Assembly (NCBI GenBank): GCA_964035575.1
Contig: OZ037839.1
Span: forward strand, 868,001 to 932,000
Origin: Rhynchopus sp. YZ270_cl-10
Taxonomy: Eukaryota
DNA: 64,000 nucleotides
Direction: 5' to 3'
Numbering within the stretch: the first letter of the stretch is position 1; every line of letters starts with the position of its first letter. This document shows positions 55,042-64,000 of the stretch, piece by piece. A program made the translations under genes and the position numbers. The notes under the pieces were generated by a model that worked only from the letters and a program-made list of their open reading frames with translations, had not been told where the DNA came from and did no database searches.

Positions 55042-55270
55042 AACACAATTTAAAAAAAAAAAATGCTCGAGAGACTCGTTACTCTTTGCTTGTTGCTCAA
55101 AAGGATAAAAAGGGGAAGAGGAAAAATTTTGGTTGTTTGTTGTTCGCTTCCACAAGGAGCACAGGGGGGAAAGAGAGGGGGAAAGCAAGCGGGGAGGTGG
55201 ATACGCCGAACGCGCGACTTTTCACGAGGGTCTCGAGCATTTTGTCAAATACTACGTGTTTACTAAAATA
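55042..55270. repeat. Dispersed element of about 230 bp (ATGCTCGAGA...TCTCGAGCAT)
   Basis: Also at about 3925-4190 and partially at 40013; absent from the paralogous site at about 58860. Confidence 0.75.
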
Positions 55271-55338
55271 AAAAAAAAGGAAAAGGAAAAGGAAACAGAA
55301 CTACGGAAGCAGTCTGTTCCATATTTTTTTTTTAAATA

Positions 55339-55606
55339 CCGACCCTCCCCCGTGAAATTGTCCCCCCCCAAAAACCGGTATTTTGCCCCGACGGACAATT
55401 TCAAGGCAGGGGGGGACAATTTCAAGGGAGTCGCAGGGACAACCTTTGCTCCCCCTTCTTCACACCAAAACGGCCATCCCCCTACAGTACGAGAAATTGT
55501 CCCCCCTTTTTTCCGTACGTGATATTGTCCCCCCCTCACTTTTTCTCCCAGGGGGGACAATTTCAAGGGGGTCGGAGGGGGGGACAATTTCACGGGGGAG
55601 GGTCGG
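55339..55606. mobile_element. Young TA-flanked MITE
   Basis: TA|CCGACCCTCCCCCGTGAAATTGTCCCCCC...GGGGGGACAATTTCACGGGGGAGGGTCGG|TA; empty paralogous site at about 58915. Confidence 0.9.
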
Positions 55607-55755
55607 TAAAATATGAAAAGAAAGGCTTTTTTTGCTAAACTATTGGAGTTGCAGTTGCCTCAGTTGTGTTGCCGTTGTGCAATCTCCACTTTTCTCCTTT
55701 GGGTTAGGATCATAGAACGGAACATGCCATGAGTGGGTATTGACACAACCCAAAC

Positions 55756-56239
55756 TCATCCTTGCAGGAGTGTATCGGATTGTATAGCGGATTTGATGTC
55801 TTTGTGTTTTGTGGATTCAGCGGAGGAGGCGGAATGGGACAGAGGGGAGGCACCATCCTCAGGGGTGGTGGTGTCCGCTATCAGTGGAATGGCATGTGCC
55901 GTATCAGAAGCTTGGAGCGCCTTGCTTTCACGTTCCTTTTCTGCTGTGTACTCCTCGACGAATTGCTTGTATGTGCTTTGCTTCATGAAATGTCGCAGAC
56001 TACTGAGAGGTTGTGGTCGTCCTGCGCCGCGTCCGCTGCCGGCAGGACGTTGTGCGCTCTTTGCACCATTGAAGGTGACGGCGCTTGCGTTCAGCTTGTT
56101 CGCAGCAGCCTTGTCTTGAAGCTCCTGCCGGTAGACGCAGGCCCGTTCATCAATCTGGCGTTGTTTGTCGCTGTCCTCGCGTTGCCTTTGCCCCTTCCCG
56201 AAAGCTCTTCACCAGGCTGTTGCTAAATGCAAATGACAT
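55756..56239 (-). pseudogene. Out-of-frame chimaera: YbaB-like 5' end fused to the 3' part of the 59067 gene
   Basis: MSFAFSNSLVKSFREGAKA, then a switch at about 56185 to sequence near-identical to 59493-59067. Confidence 0.85.
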
Positions 56240-56725
56240 TTCGAAAAAAAAGAAGAAAAAAAAACAATATCCCTGAAAAAAGAGGAGTAGGGGAGAAAGG
56301 GAGAAAGGGGTTGAATGGGTTTATATAATATTATGGATGCGTGAGTGGGGGGCGTGGGTGGTCTTGTCGTCTGACAGGGTATCGATAGTGAGAAGTGGTG
56401 TATATTTCTCTGTCAATTTCTGATATAAAAAAATGTATGACTTGTGTGGGAGTGAAAAATACGGAAGACATAAAGAGGAATGGCATGAAGCATGCAAGCG
56501 GAATGTGAAGTGATGTGAAGTGAAGGAAAGAGAGTTGAAGTGAAGGACACGCAGAGAGCACAAGAGGAACTGTGCCCTTGATCCGACCCCAAAGAAGTGT
56601 CCAATGAAGGTGGGTGGTACAGTGGGGATGATTTATTGCTCACTCAACAAAACACTACTCGACCCGCCCAAACACACAGAATAATCCTAACACCCCAATT
56701 CCCACTCCCGCTTTCTTTACTGCCC

Positions 56726-58252
56726 CTAAAAACCAACGTAACCTAGTCTGCTGCGTACAACGTTGCTACACTTGTCCATTCCGTCGACTTTCGACAACGT
56801 TGTGCATTTGTAGAGAAACCTGTCACCAATCGTGGTGACTGATTGCAGGGCAGTGAGGTCGACTTCCGACAATGATGTGCAGTTGAAGAGAAAATCGTCA
56901 CCAATCGTGATGACTGCTTGAAGGCCGGTGAAGTCCACTTTCGACAACGTTGTGCATTTGTAGAGAAACCTGTCACCAATCGTGGTGACTGCTTGCAGGC
57001 CGGTGAGGTCCACTTCCGACAACAGTTTGCAGTTGTAGAGACAATAATCACCAATCGTGGTGACCGCTTGCAGGCCGGTGAAGTCCACTTTCGACAACGA
57101 TGTGCAGGAGGAGAGAAAATAATCACCCATCGTGGTAACTGATTGAAGGCCGGTGAAGTCCACTTCCGACAACGTTGTGCACTCGGAGAGAAAATAATCA
57201 CCGATCGTGGTGACTGCTTGCAAGGCGGTGAGGTCCACTTCCGACAACGTTGTGCAGTTGTAGAGAAAATAATCACCAATCGTGGTGACTGATTGCAGGC
57301 CGGTGAAGTCCACTTCCGACAACGATGTGCAGTTGTAGAGAAACCTATCACCAATCGTAGTGACTGATTGCAGGCCGGTGAAGTCCACTTCCGACAACGA
57401 TGTGCAGGAGGAGAGAAAATAATTACCAATCGTGGTGACTGATTGCAGGCCGGTGAAGTCCACTTTCGACAACGTTGTGCATTTGTAGAGAAACCTGTCA
57501 CCAATCGTGGTGACTGCTTGCAAGCCGGTGAGGTCCACTTCCGACAACGATGTGCAGTTGTAGAGAAAATAATCACCAATCGTGGTGACTGCTTGCAAGC
57601 CGGTGAAGTCCACTTCCGACAACGATGTGCAGTTGTAGAGAAACCTATCACCAATCGTGGTGACTGATTGCAGGCCGGTGAAGTCCAATTTCGACAACGA
57701 TGTGCAGGAGGAGAGAAAATAATTACCAATCGTGGTGACTGCTTGCAGGCCGGTGAAGTCCACTTTCGACAACGTTGTGCAGTTGCAGAGAAACCTATCA
57801 CCAATCGTGGTGACGCAGGGTAATGCAGGCAGGTGCAGTGTGATGCCACAGTTGTCATCCACATTGGGTACGCAACTGAAACCAATGCGCGTTACGTCAC
57901 TACGTGAGAAGAAGTCTTCTGGAATCTCAGTCGCAACTTCTGCCTGAAGAAGCAAGCTGGCCACCTTCGGATCCTCCACCTGCTGCAACCTTTCTGCTGT
58001 GATGTTTGTCTCACCCAATGCATGAAGAGCTGATATGGCTTCGTACTTCATCGTTTTCGTCAACACCACTGTGTCTCCAGCACTCAGTTCTGTGATGTCC
58101 TCTCCTTCCTCCTTCCCTCCGAAGCCCATGCGGAAGCTGTCTTCGCACAACTCTGTTGCAGACGCCACCTTCTGCCGCATCGTCTCCGTTGTGTCCTTCT
58201 CACCCACCTCAATCACGAAGTCCTTCCCCAAGCCCTGGATAGTCAGTTCCAT
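56726..58252 (-). CDS. UBL-LRR paralogue 5 (14 LRRs), intact
   Basis: Same architecture as 41376-43052. Confidence 0.92.
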   Translation of the reverse strand: MELTIQGLGKDFVIEVGEKDTTETMRQKVASATELCEDSFRMGFGGKEEGEDITELSAGDTVVLTKTMKYEAISALHALGETNITAERLQQVEDPKVASLLLQAEVATEIPEDFFSRSDVTRIGFSCVPNVDDNCGITLHLPALPCVTTIGDRFLCNCTTLSKVDFTGLQAVTTIGNYFLSSCTSLSKLDFTGLQSVTTIGDRFLYNCTSLSEVDFTGLQAVTTIGDYFLYNCTSLSEVDLTGLQAVTTIGDRFLYKCTTLSKVDFTGLQSVTTIGNYFLSSCTSLSEVDFTGLQSVTTIGDRFLYNCTSLSEVDFTGLQSVTTIGDYFLYNCTTLSEVDLTALQAVTTIGDYFLSECTTLSEVDFTGLQSVTTMGDYFLSSCTSLSKVDFTGLQAVTTIGDYCLYNCKLLSEVDLTGLQAVTTIGDRFLYKCTTLSKVDFTGLQAVITIGDDFLFNCTSLSEVDLTALQSVTTIGDRFLYKCTTLSKVDGMDKCSNVVRSRLGYVGF

Positions 58253-59066
58253 TTTATGTGTCTCTTTGATGTATCTCTGCGGGTGGGTTGTTGGGTAAGG
58301 AAGAGCTTTTAACCCGCAAACCCCAAGATTTTGAATCATCTGAATCTAAAGAAGCAAGAATTTATAACTTTTGAAAAGTTTTCAAATTTATTAGATACGA
58401 GGGAGGGCTTGGTGGGGAAGAACTTTTTTTTCGCGTTGTTTTAACTCTGGGAGGGAGAGAGAGAGAGAGAGAGAGAGGGTTATTGTGGGTAAGTTGTGCG
58501 GGTGTATTAACACCAGCCCAATACCACGGAGAATGGTTCTGCTCAAATAAAAAACTTCAAAATACCGTGTTCGTACAAATTATTGACCGTAAAAATGTTC
58601 GACCTTTTCAGGATTTTATTAGAAGTTCGACCTGTTTTACGGTCGAACATTCTTACGACCACGGTAAAAAGGAAAAAGAATTTGCCGTGTTATGAGAAGA
58701 AAGACAAATAGAGAAGTGGAAAAGTGCAGATGCCTCACCGCACATCGGCAGACGCAGGGCATTGGTTCCCTTCGGGGTTATCAAACCCCAGAGAGCACTT
58801 CTTTGGGGAAAATGAGGCTTTTTGGAGAAAATCTAGACACCAACACAATTTAAAAAAATAAAAAAAAAGCAAACAGAACTACGGAAGCAGTCTGTTTCAT
58901 ATTTTTTTAAAAAATAAAATATGAAAAAAAAAAAGGCTTTTTTTGCTAAACCATTGGAGTTGCAGTTGCCTCAGTTGTGTTGCCGTTGTGCAATCTCCAC
59001 TTTTCTCCTTTGGGTTAGGATCATAGAACGGAACATGCCATGAGTGGGTATTGACACAACCCAAAC

Positions 59067-59537
59067 TCATCCTTGCAGGAGTGTATCGGATTGTATAGCG
59101 GATTTGATGTCTTTGTGTTTTGTGGATTCAGCGGAGGAGGCGGAATGGGACAGAGGGGAGGCACCATCCTCAGGGGTGGTGGTGTCCGCTATCAGTGGAA
59201 TGGCATGAGCCGTATCAGAAGCTTGGAGCGCCTTGCTTTCACGTTCCTTTTCTGCTGTGTACTCCTCGACGAATTGCTTGTATGTGCTCTGCTTCATGAA
59301 ATGTCGCAGACTACTGAGAGGTTGTGGTCGTCCTGCGCCACGTCCGCTGCCGGCAGGACGTTGTGCGCTCTTTGCACCATTGAAGGTGACGGCGCTTGCG
59401 TTCAGCTTGTTCGCAGCAGCCTTGTCTTGAAGCTCCTGCCGGTAGACGCAGGCCCGTTCATCAATCTGGCGTTGTTTGGCGCTGTCCTCGCGTTGCTTCT
59501 GTCGGTGTTGCTGGATCATCGAATTGAAGATGGGCAT
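59067..59537 (-). CDS. Hypothetical charged/helical protein, 156 aa
   Basis: ORF MPIFNSMIQQ...; its 3' part is duplicated at 55756-56184. Confidence 0.6.
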   Translation of the reverse strand: MPIFNSMIQQHRQKQREDSAKQRQIDERACVYRQELQDKAAANKLNASAVTFNGAKSAQRPAGSGRGAGRPQPLSSLRHFMKQSTYKQFVEEYTAEKERESKALQASDTAHAIPLIADTTTPEDGASPLSHSASSAESTKHKDIKSAIQSDTLLQG

Positions 59538-60002
59538 CGTTCGGGTCTCATGAATAATTTTCTGTTGAATTTTTTTTTTTTTTTTTTTTGAAAAAATTTG
59601 GTACTGTAGTGAGCATGAGCTTCCATAGTACGTTATTCTTTGCAAAGTTTGCTGAAACGAAAAGGTTGTGTTTTTCTAGCTGGGATGTGCTTTTAAATTA
59701 TTTGGGTGTCTGTGGGTATTCCTCATGTATCAGCAAGGTAGCTATGCACGGCGACCTAGTTATGCCCGAAATATAACAACACCTATGGCAAGGTGGTGAT
59801 AGTGCTATATCCCAACCCAACAATTGTTTCAGATACATTCTTTTTCTAATGAAAAGAAGGTACAGAGGGTGCTAAAAAAAATCCAACAATGATAAAAGCG
59901 TGAAGATAAAACCAAAAACGACATTTGATGTTTTCTGAGGCCCCTCAGCGAGTGTGCCGGATCTGGTTGAGTCACGGAGCCACCAACACTCCACAGTCTT
60001 TT

Positions 60003-63000
60003 TTACTGCGCTTCCAGAAAAACTCGCGTATGCGACTAGGGCAAAAAGCATGATAAGGGAGTATCGTTAATATAAGATACCTTTGGTAAAAAGAGGGAGG
60101 GGATGTATTTTTTGATAAAATAGAAGTTAAATTCTAGAATTTTCAGGCACGATGGCACCAAAAACGCTGGGAAAAAAAGAAAGAAAGACAAAAAGAAAAC
60201 AGTTTGAGGGGAGGGGGTTTACCTGCATCTGCTGGAATTCAGGCTGGTTGCATTCTGCAGGCTTCATGCGAAACTTTTGGTAGTGCAATGAAAATGAGAC
60301 CTTGCTGCAGAAGGACTGTGGTGTGGTGTGGTGTGGTGTGGTGTGGTTGATATCAGTTTCCCGAAGGTAATTCGTGCTAATCAAATCAAGGCCGCACTTA
60401 CAAAGTTTAGCCACAAACTACGCCCCCCTGCCTACTATCAGGTATTGCCAAAGGTGGTGTGGTGTGGCATTTAAAAAGGTAATTAGGCCTGTGTCATGTA
60501 GGTTCCATGACAAAAAATAAAATAAAATAAAAGTGAAGCTGCTCCCTCGACCACACTTCGTGTTGGCGGGAGAAAGAAAGCAAGGTTGATTTGTTATCCA
60601 AAAGCACTCTCCTGACAGTGTAAATAACTTAAATAAAGTATTTCAACATGTGCATCCAATGAATTGATAATCATAGGGATAGTGGAGCGTTAGGGTCTGC
60701 GGGTTGAGCCAGATGACGTCTGATGATGCACGATTTGGCGCGATTATTTTCCCGGAAAACGCGCATTTTGGGATCAACAAAAATGCTCCCCATATTTCTT
60801 CTAAATAAAAGAAAAGGTTTGTTGTATTGACCCCTAAGCCTCTCGTACTTAGCCATCTTCATCACAATCAATAAAAACAGGGTGGTCTCTTTCCTCACAG
60901 GTGAGTCGTTTTGCTCCCCCCCTTTTTGCCCATTTCTCAATACCTGACACTCTTTTATCGCCTTTACCCACGGGTGGGTGATGGCAACGTGCTGTGAGTT
61001 GCTGTTCGCGGCGGTCATGGCCTTTTGGCACCAATATGCTGCTTCCTTGTATCGTCTGAGTGCGATCATGGTCACGGAGAGGTTATGCGTAAGAACCTAA
61101 CGGGTGAAAGGGGTGAATTAAAGTGAAAGATATACCACGCACGCAACTTGGTGAATGGTTAAAAAGGGAGGAACCCCTTGAAGCAACAATAAGCGGTCGT
61201 TGTTCACAGATGCAGCTTTCATTATTATTATTTTTTCACAAAAAAAAAAGTGGTGATCATACAATGTGCGACGCATCTGCAATGGGCATCGGGTTAGAGA
61301 GGAGCTGCAGGTTGAAGCGTACAGGCGCCTGGTCAAAGCTGTTCGCTGCTGGGTTTGCAGTCTGCAGGGTTTTTGGTGGTGTATGCGTTGTGAATCTAAG
61401 ATGTGGTGACTTCCTGCAATGTGCTTTACCCATTTGAGTCAGTTCAGGTAAGTTCATGCATTTTTTATTTGAAACCTTTTGTTTGATAATAGCCTTGCAC
61501 TATCCTTAAAAGAGAGTTGAGAGTGCGTTTTGCAGTAGACTTTTTTTGAAAACTTTTTTTTACCATTCCTTTTTTAGGGGAACATTTTCAAAAAAAAAAA
61601 TAGAAACTAACTTTCGGTTCTGAATAAAAAGAAAACAATGAAAAACAACTTTTTCGTTTTTCGTTTATCGCTCCGCAAGCTTGTTGTGTTTTTTCGCTGA
61701 AGTGTGTGTTGTATGAGAGAGAAAAAATAATGAGTGAGAAAACACAAGCTGGCGGGCACGCACCTTCCGTCGTTTCTATTTCCTATTGTCAAGTACCTTG
61801 ATTTACAAAAAAAAAAAAATGGTGTATTACTGGCCACCCCAAAATAGCACAAAATAGCACTTTATCACACTTTTTCGCACGTTTTCGCATCCCCTTCAGC
61901 CACAATATATATCAGTCAATAATTGAGCCACCGGGACTTTTTTCCGTTTTTGTACAGAAAAAATTTTAATTTCTACTCGTCAAAAAAAATTGTCCGACCC
62001 CGCAATTAAAAGATATCGACTCGGAAACCCATCCCCGCTGGGTTTTGAAAACTTTTGATGTCGTTGGTTCACCTCAGATGTGTGAGGGCCTCGACCAAAA
62101 CCAGTTTTTCCAGTTTTCGGGTATAAGCCTGGGCGGTAGTATTTTACAAAAAAATCCTCAAAATTCAAAAAAAACTGTTCGAATGGATTCAGATCGTGCA
62201 AAACAGTCAAAATATCACTTTTGACAAAGAAAAAAAAGTGATCCTCACTGTTACGCAGCCACCCTCCTGACCCCCCTGGAACCTGGTTTTTGTGTGGGGG
62301 GTTCCCTGTACAAAGTCTTAAGGGAAGTCTGAAGGGGTACTGGTTGGTGGCCATTTTTTGCCTACAAAAAATCAGGAAAAAAAATTTTTTTTTTCGGTTC
62401 TCGGGAGTCTGTGCGTGCTGTGATGGCGTCACTTTGCGCTCAGAAATGAGTATTTTTGACCTAAAATGCATGTGTCAGTTTAGACTGGCTGTACGCCGTT
62501 TTCCACGGTGTACAGCCACAACTACCCATGTACAGAAGAATTTTTAACTTCTACTCATTTCCAGAAATCGTGCGACCCCGCAATTAAAAGATATCGACTC
62601 GGAAATCCATCCCCGCAGGGTTTTAATTTTTTTTTTAAATTTCGGTGCGTCGCATTCATGCAATTCATTTCCGACTTTTTGGGATTCACCAATCTGGAGT
62701 TCAAAAAAATATTTTTATTATTTTTATTTTTATTTCTTTGCATTCCGCTGCTCAAAATCTTTCAATTGCGGGGTCGGACAATTTTTTTTGACCATCAGTT
62801 TTTTGTTCAACGAACCTTGGGAGAAAAGTCCCGGTGGTTCAGTTATTGACTGATATATTTTTGTAATTTCTTTTTTTTTTTTACTATTTGTATACCGATG
62901 ACGTTACATCTAAGTCCACTTTACGTGCAGCAGCCAGCGCCTTCGCGGCTTCTTCCCATCGTTCGCAGAAGCATAGTGTCACTGCATCGCGTGCAATGAA

Positions 63001-63621
63001 GAAGGACGAGGCGTAGGTCACTTTGCATCGCCCCCAGTGTTTGAGGGCGTTCACGGACTGTTGACAGGCAGCCTTGACTTTGTTCCGTCTGAAGAAGTAG
63101 TTCGAGAGGTTTGTCGCGACTGCAGCACGGAAGAAGGCGCTGTGGTGCGGCAGCTCCACCAGCTTGGCCGCCTCCTCTGCCTGCTTGAAGAGCTGGAACG
63201 CCTTCGCAAGGATCCCTTCACGGTTTGCCTTCGACGCCACTGTACGCGACTCTTTCAAGAAGAAGGTGGCAAAGTTGAGTGTCGTGAGTACGTGATGCTT
63301 CACTGCGGCAGTATACTGAAAGTCGTCGTCGCTGAAAACACAGCGTCGGAGGTGAAGACATTGTGCCAGTGTGTCGAGACATTCTTGCCAATATCCTCCA
63401 GAGCGTTGCTCGCGGGCTCGTTTATTCCGTGCCTTGATTAGATCGAGGGGCTGCCGGAACGTCTCGTTCTTCGTGGTCAGCACGTCATAGTACTCGTTGA
63501 AAACATCGTCGGAGCTGAACAGAAGCGGTAACGTGTCACGTTCGTATTCACTGTTTAACACACCTTCCAACCATATAGGCCGCACACCCTCGGGAAGCGA
63601 GAGAACCTGCCCTCCAGCCAT
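60003..63621 (-). CDS. TPR-like alpha-helical protein, predicted 5 exons (63621-62896, 61361-61263, 61096-60944, 60315-60223, 60035-60003)
   Basis: All four introns are GT-AG and phase 0; TPR-like motifs AVATNLSNYFFRRNKVKAA and VLTHNLSVTMIALRRYKEAAYWCQKA; last exon least certain. Confidence 0.65.
61912..62853. mobile_element. Intronic TA-flanked TIR element
   Basis: TA|TCAGTCAATAATTGAGCCACCGGGACTTTT ... AAAAGTCCCGGTGGTTCAGTTATTGACTGA|TA. Confidence 0.85.
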
Positions 63622-64000
63622 GCCAAAACAACAACGTATGAACCACCTAAAACCGGAAAATGTGGATGTGGATTGGGAGGCGTGGGTGGGGTGGGGGGGC
63701 GGGAGGCGTCTGTAGTGGATATAAAGAGAAAATGGGTGCTGGAACATATAAAGTAGAACTATTGTTTCTTAGACTTGGGGTCAGAACGACGTGGTGGGGG
63801 CCTGTGGGGTGGGAAGCAGCAGTATCCATGATTTTCGGTCACTTTGAAAAATCATGAAAAAGCAGGGCCTTCAACGTGTCGAAGTTAAGCCTTAACTTCG
63901 ACAACTTTTTTTTTTTGGTTTTTTTTTTTGTCGAAGTTCGACAAATCTAAAAAAAATATGGGATTTTGGCAAAATCCTTTTATTTCTGACCGAGTTGCAG

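Noticed and set aside
10759..58252. Diversity-generating retroelement acting on the LRR genes
   Set aside because: The RT is LINE-type and a later insertion; there is no template/variable repeat pair, and the variation is not confined to adenines.

Overview
Eukaryotic nuclear DNA, most likely a euglenozoan and probably a diplonemid. The evidence is an 18S rRNA fragment with the GTGCCAGCACCCGCGGTAA variant, every recognisable host gene lying on the minus strand, and GT-AG cis-introns in several genes. Host genes: cytochrome P450, TFIIB/BRF-like factor, UBL-WD40, GAF/coiled-coil, SnoaL-like, FN3-repeat + NEURL4-like ADP-ribosyltransferase, YbaB/EbfC-like, TPR-like and two hypothetical proteins. 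Two things stand out. (1) A family of five ubiquitin-like (UBL) + 25-aa LRR genes. Four are nearly identical outside the LRR array but differ in repeat number (13, 16, 7, 14) and at four hypervariable positions per repeat. (2) Two of these genes are interrupted, at sites about 66 bp apart and in the sense orientation, by what look like an autonomous/non-autonomous retroelement pair. The 8.7-kb LINE has a 5' HDV-like ribozyme, an OTU-domain ORF1, an in-frame UGA-CGG, a T2A-like peptide, and APE-RT-zinc finger-PIP box ORF2. The 2.5-kb non-coding element has a 5' HDV-like ribozyme and about 15 x 133-bp repeats. Both can be read with 18-bp target-site duplications, similar 3' tails and a terminal ACCA with no poly(A). 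Intergenic DNA is full of nested TA-flanked MITEs, microsatellites and short dispersed motifs. All assignments are by eye, with no database searches.
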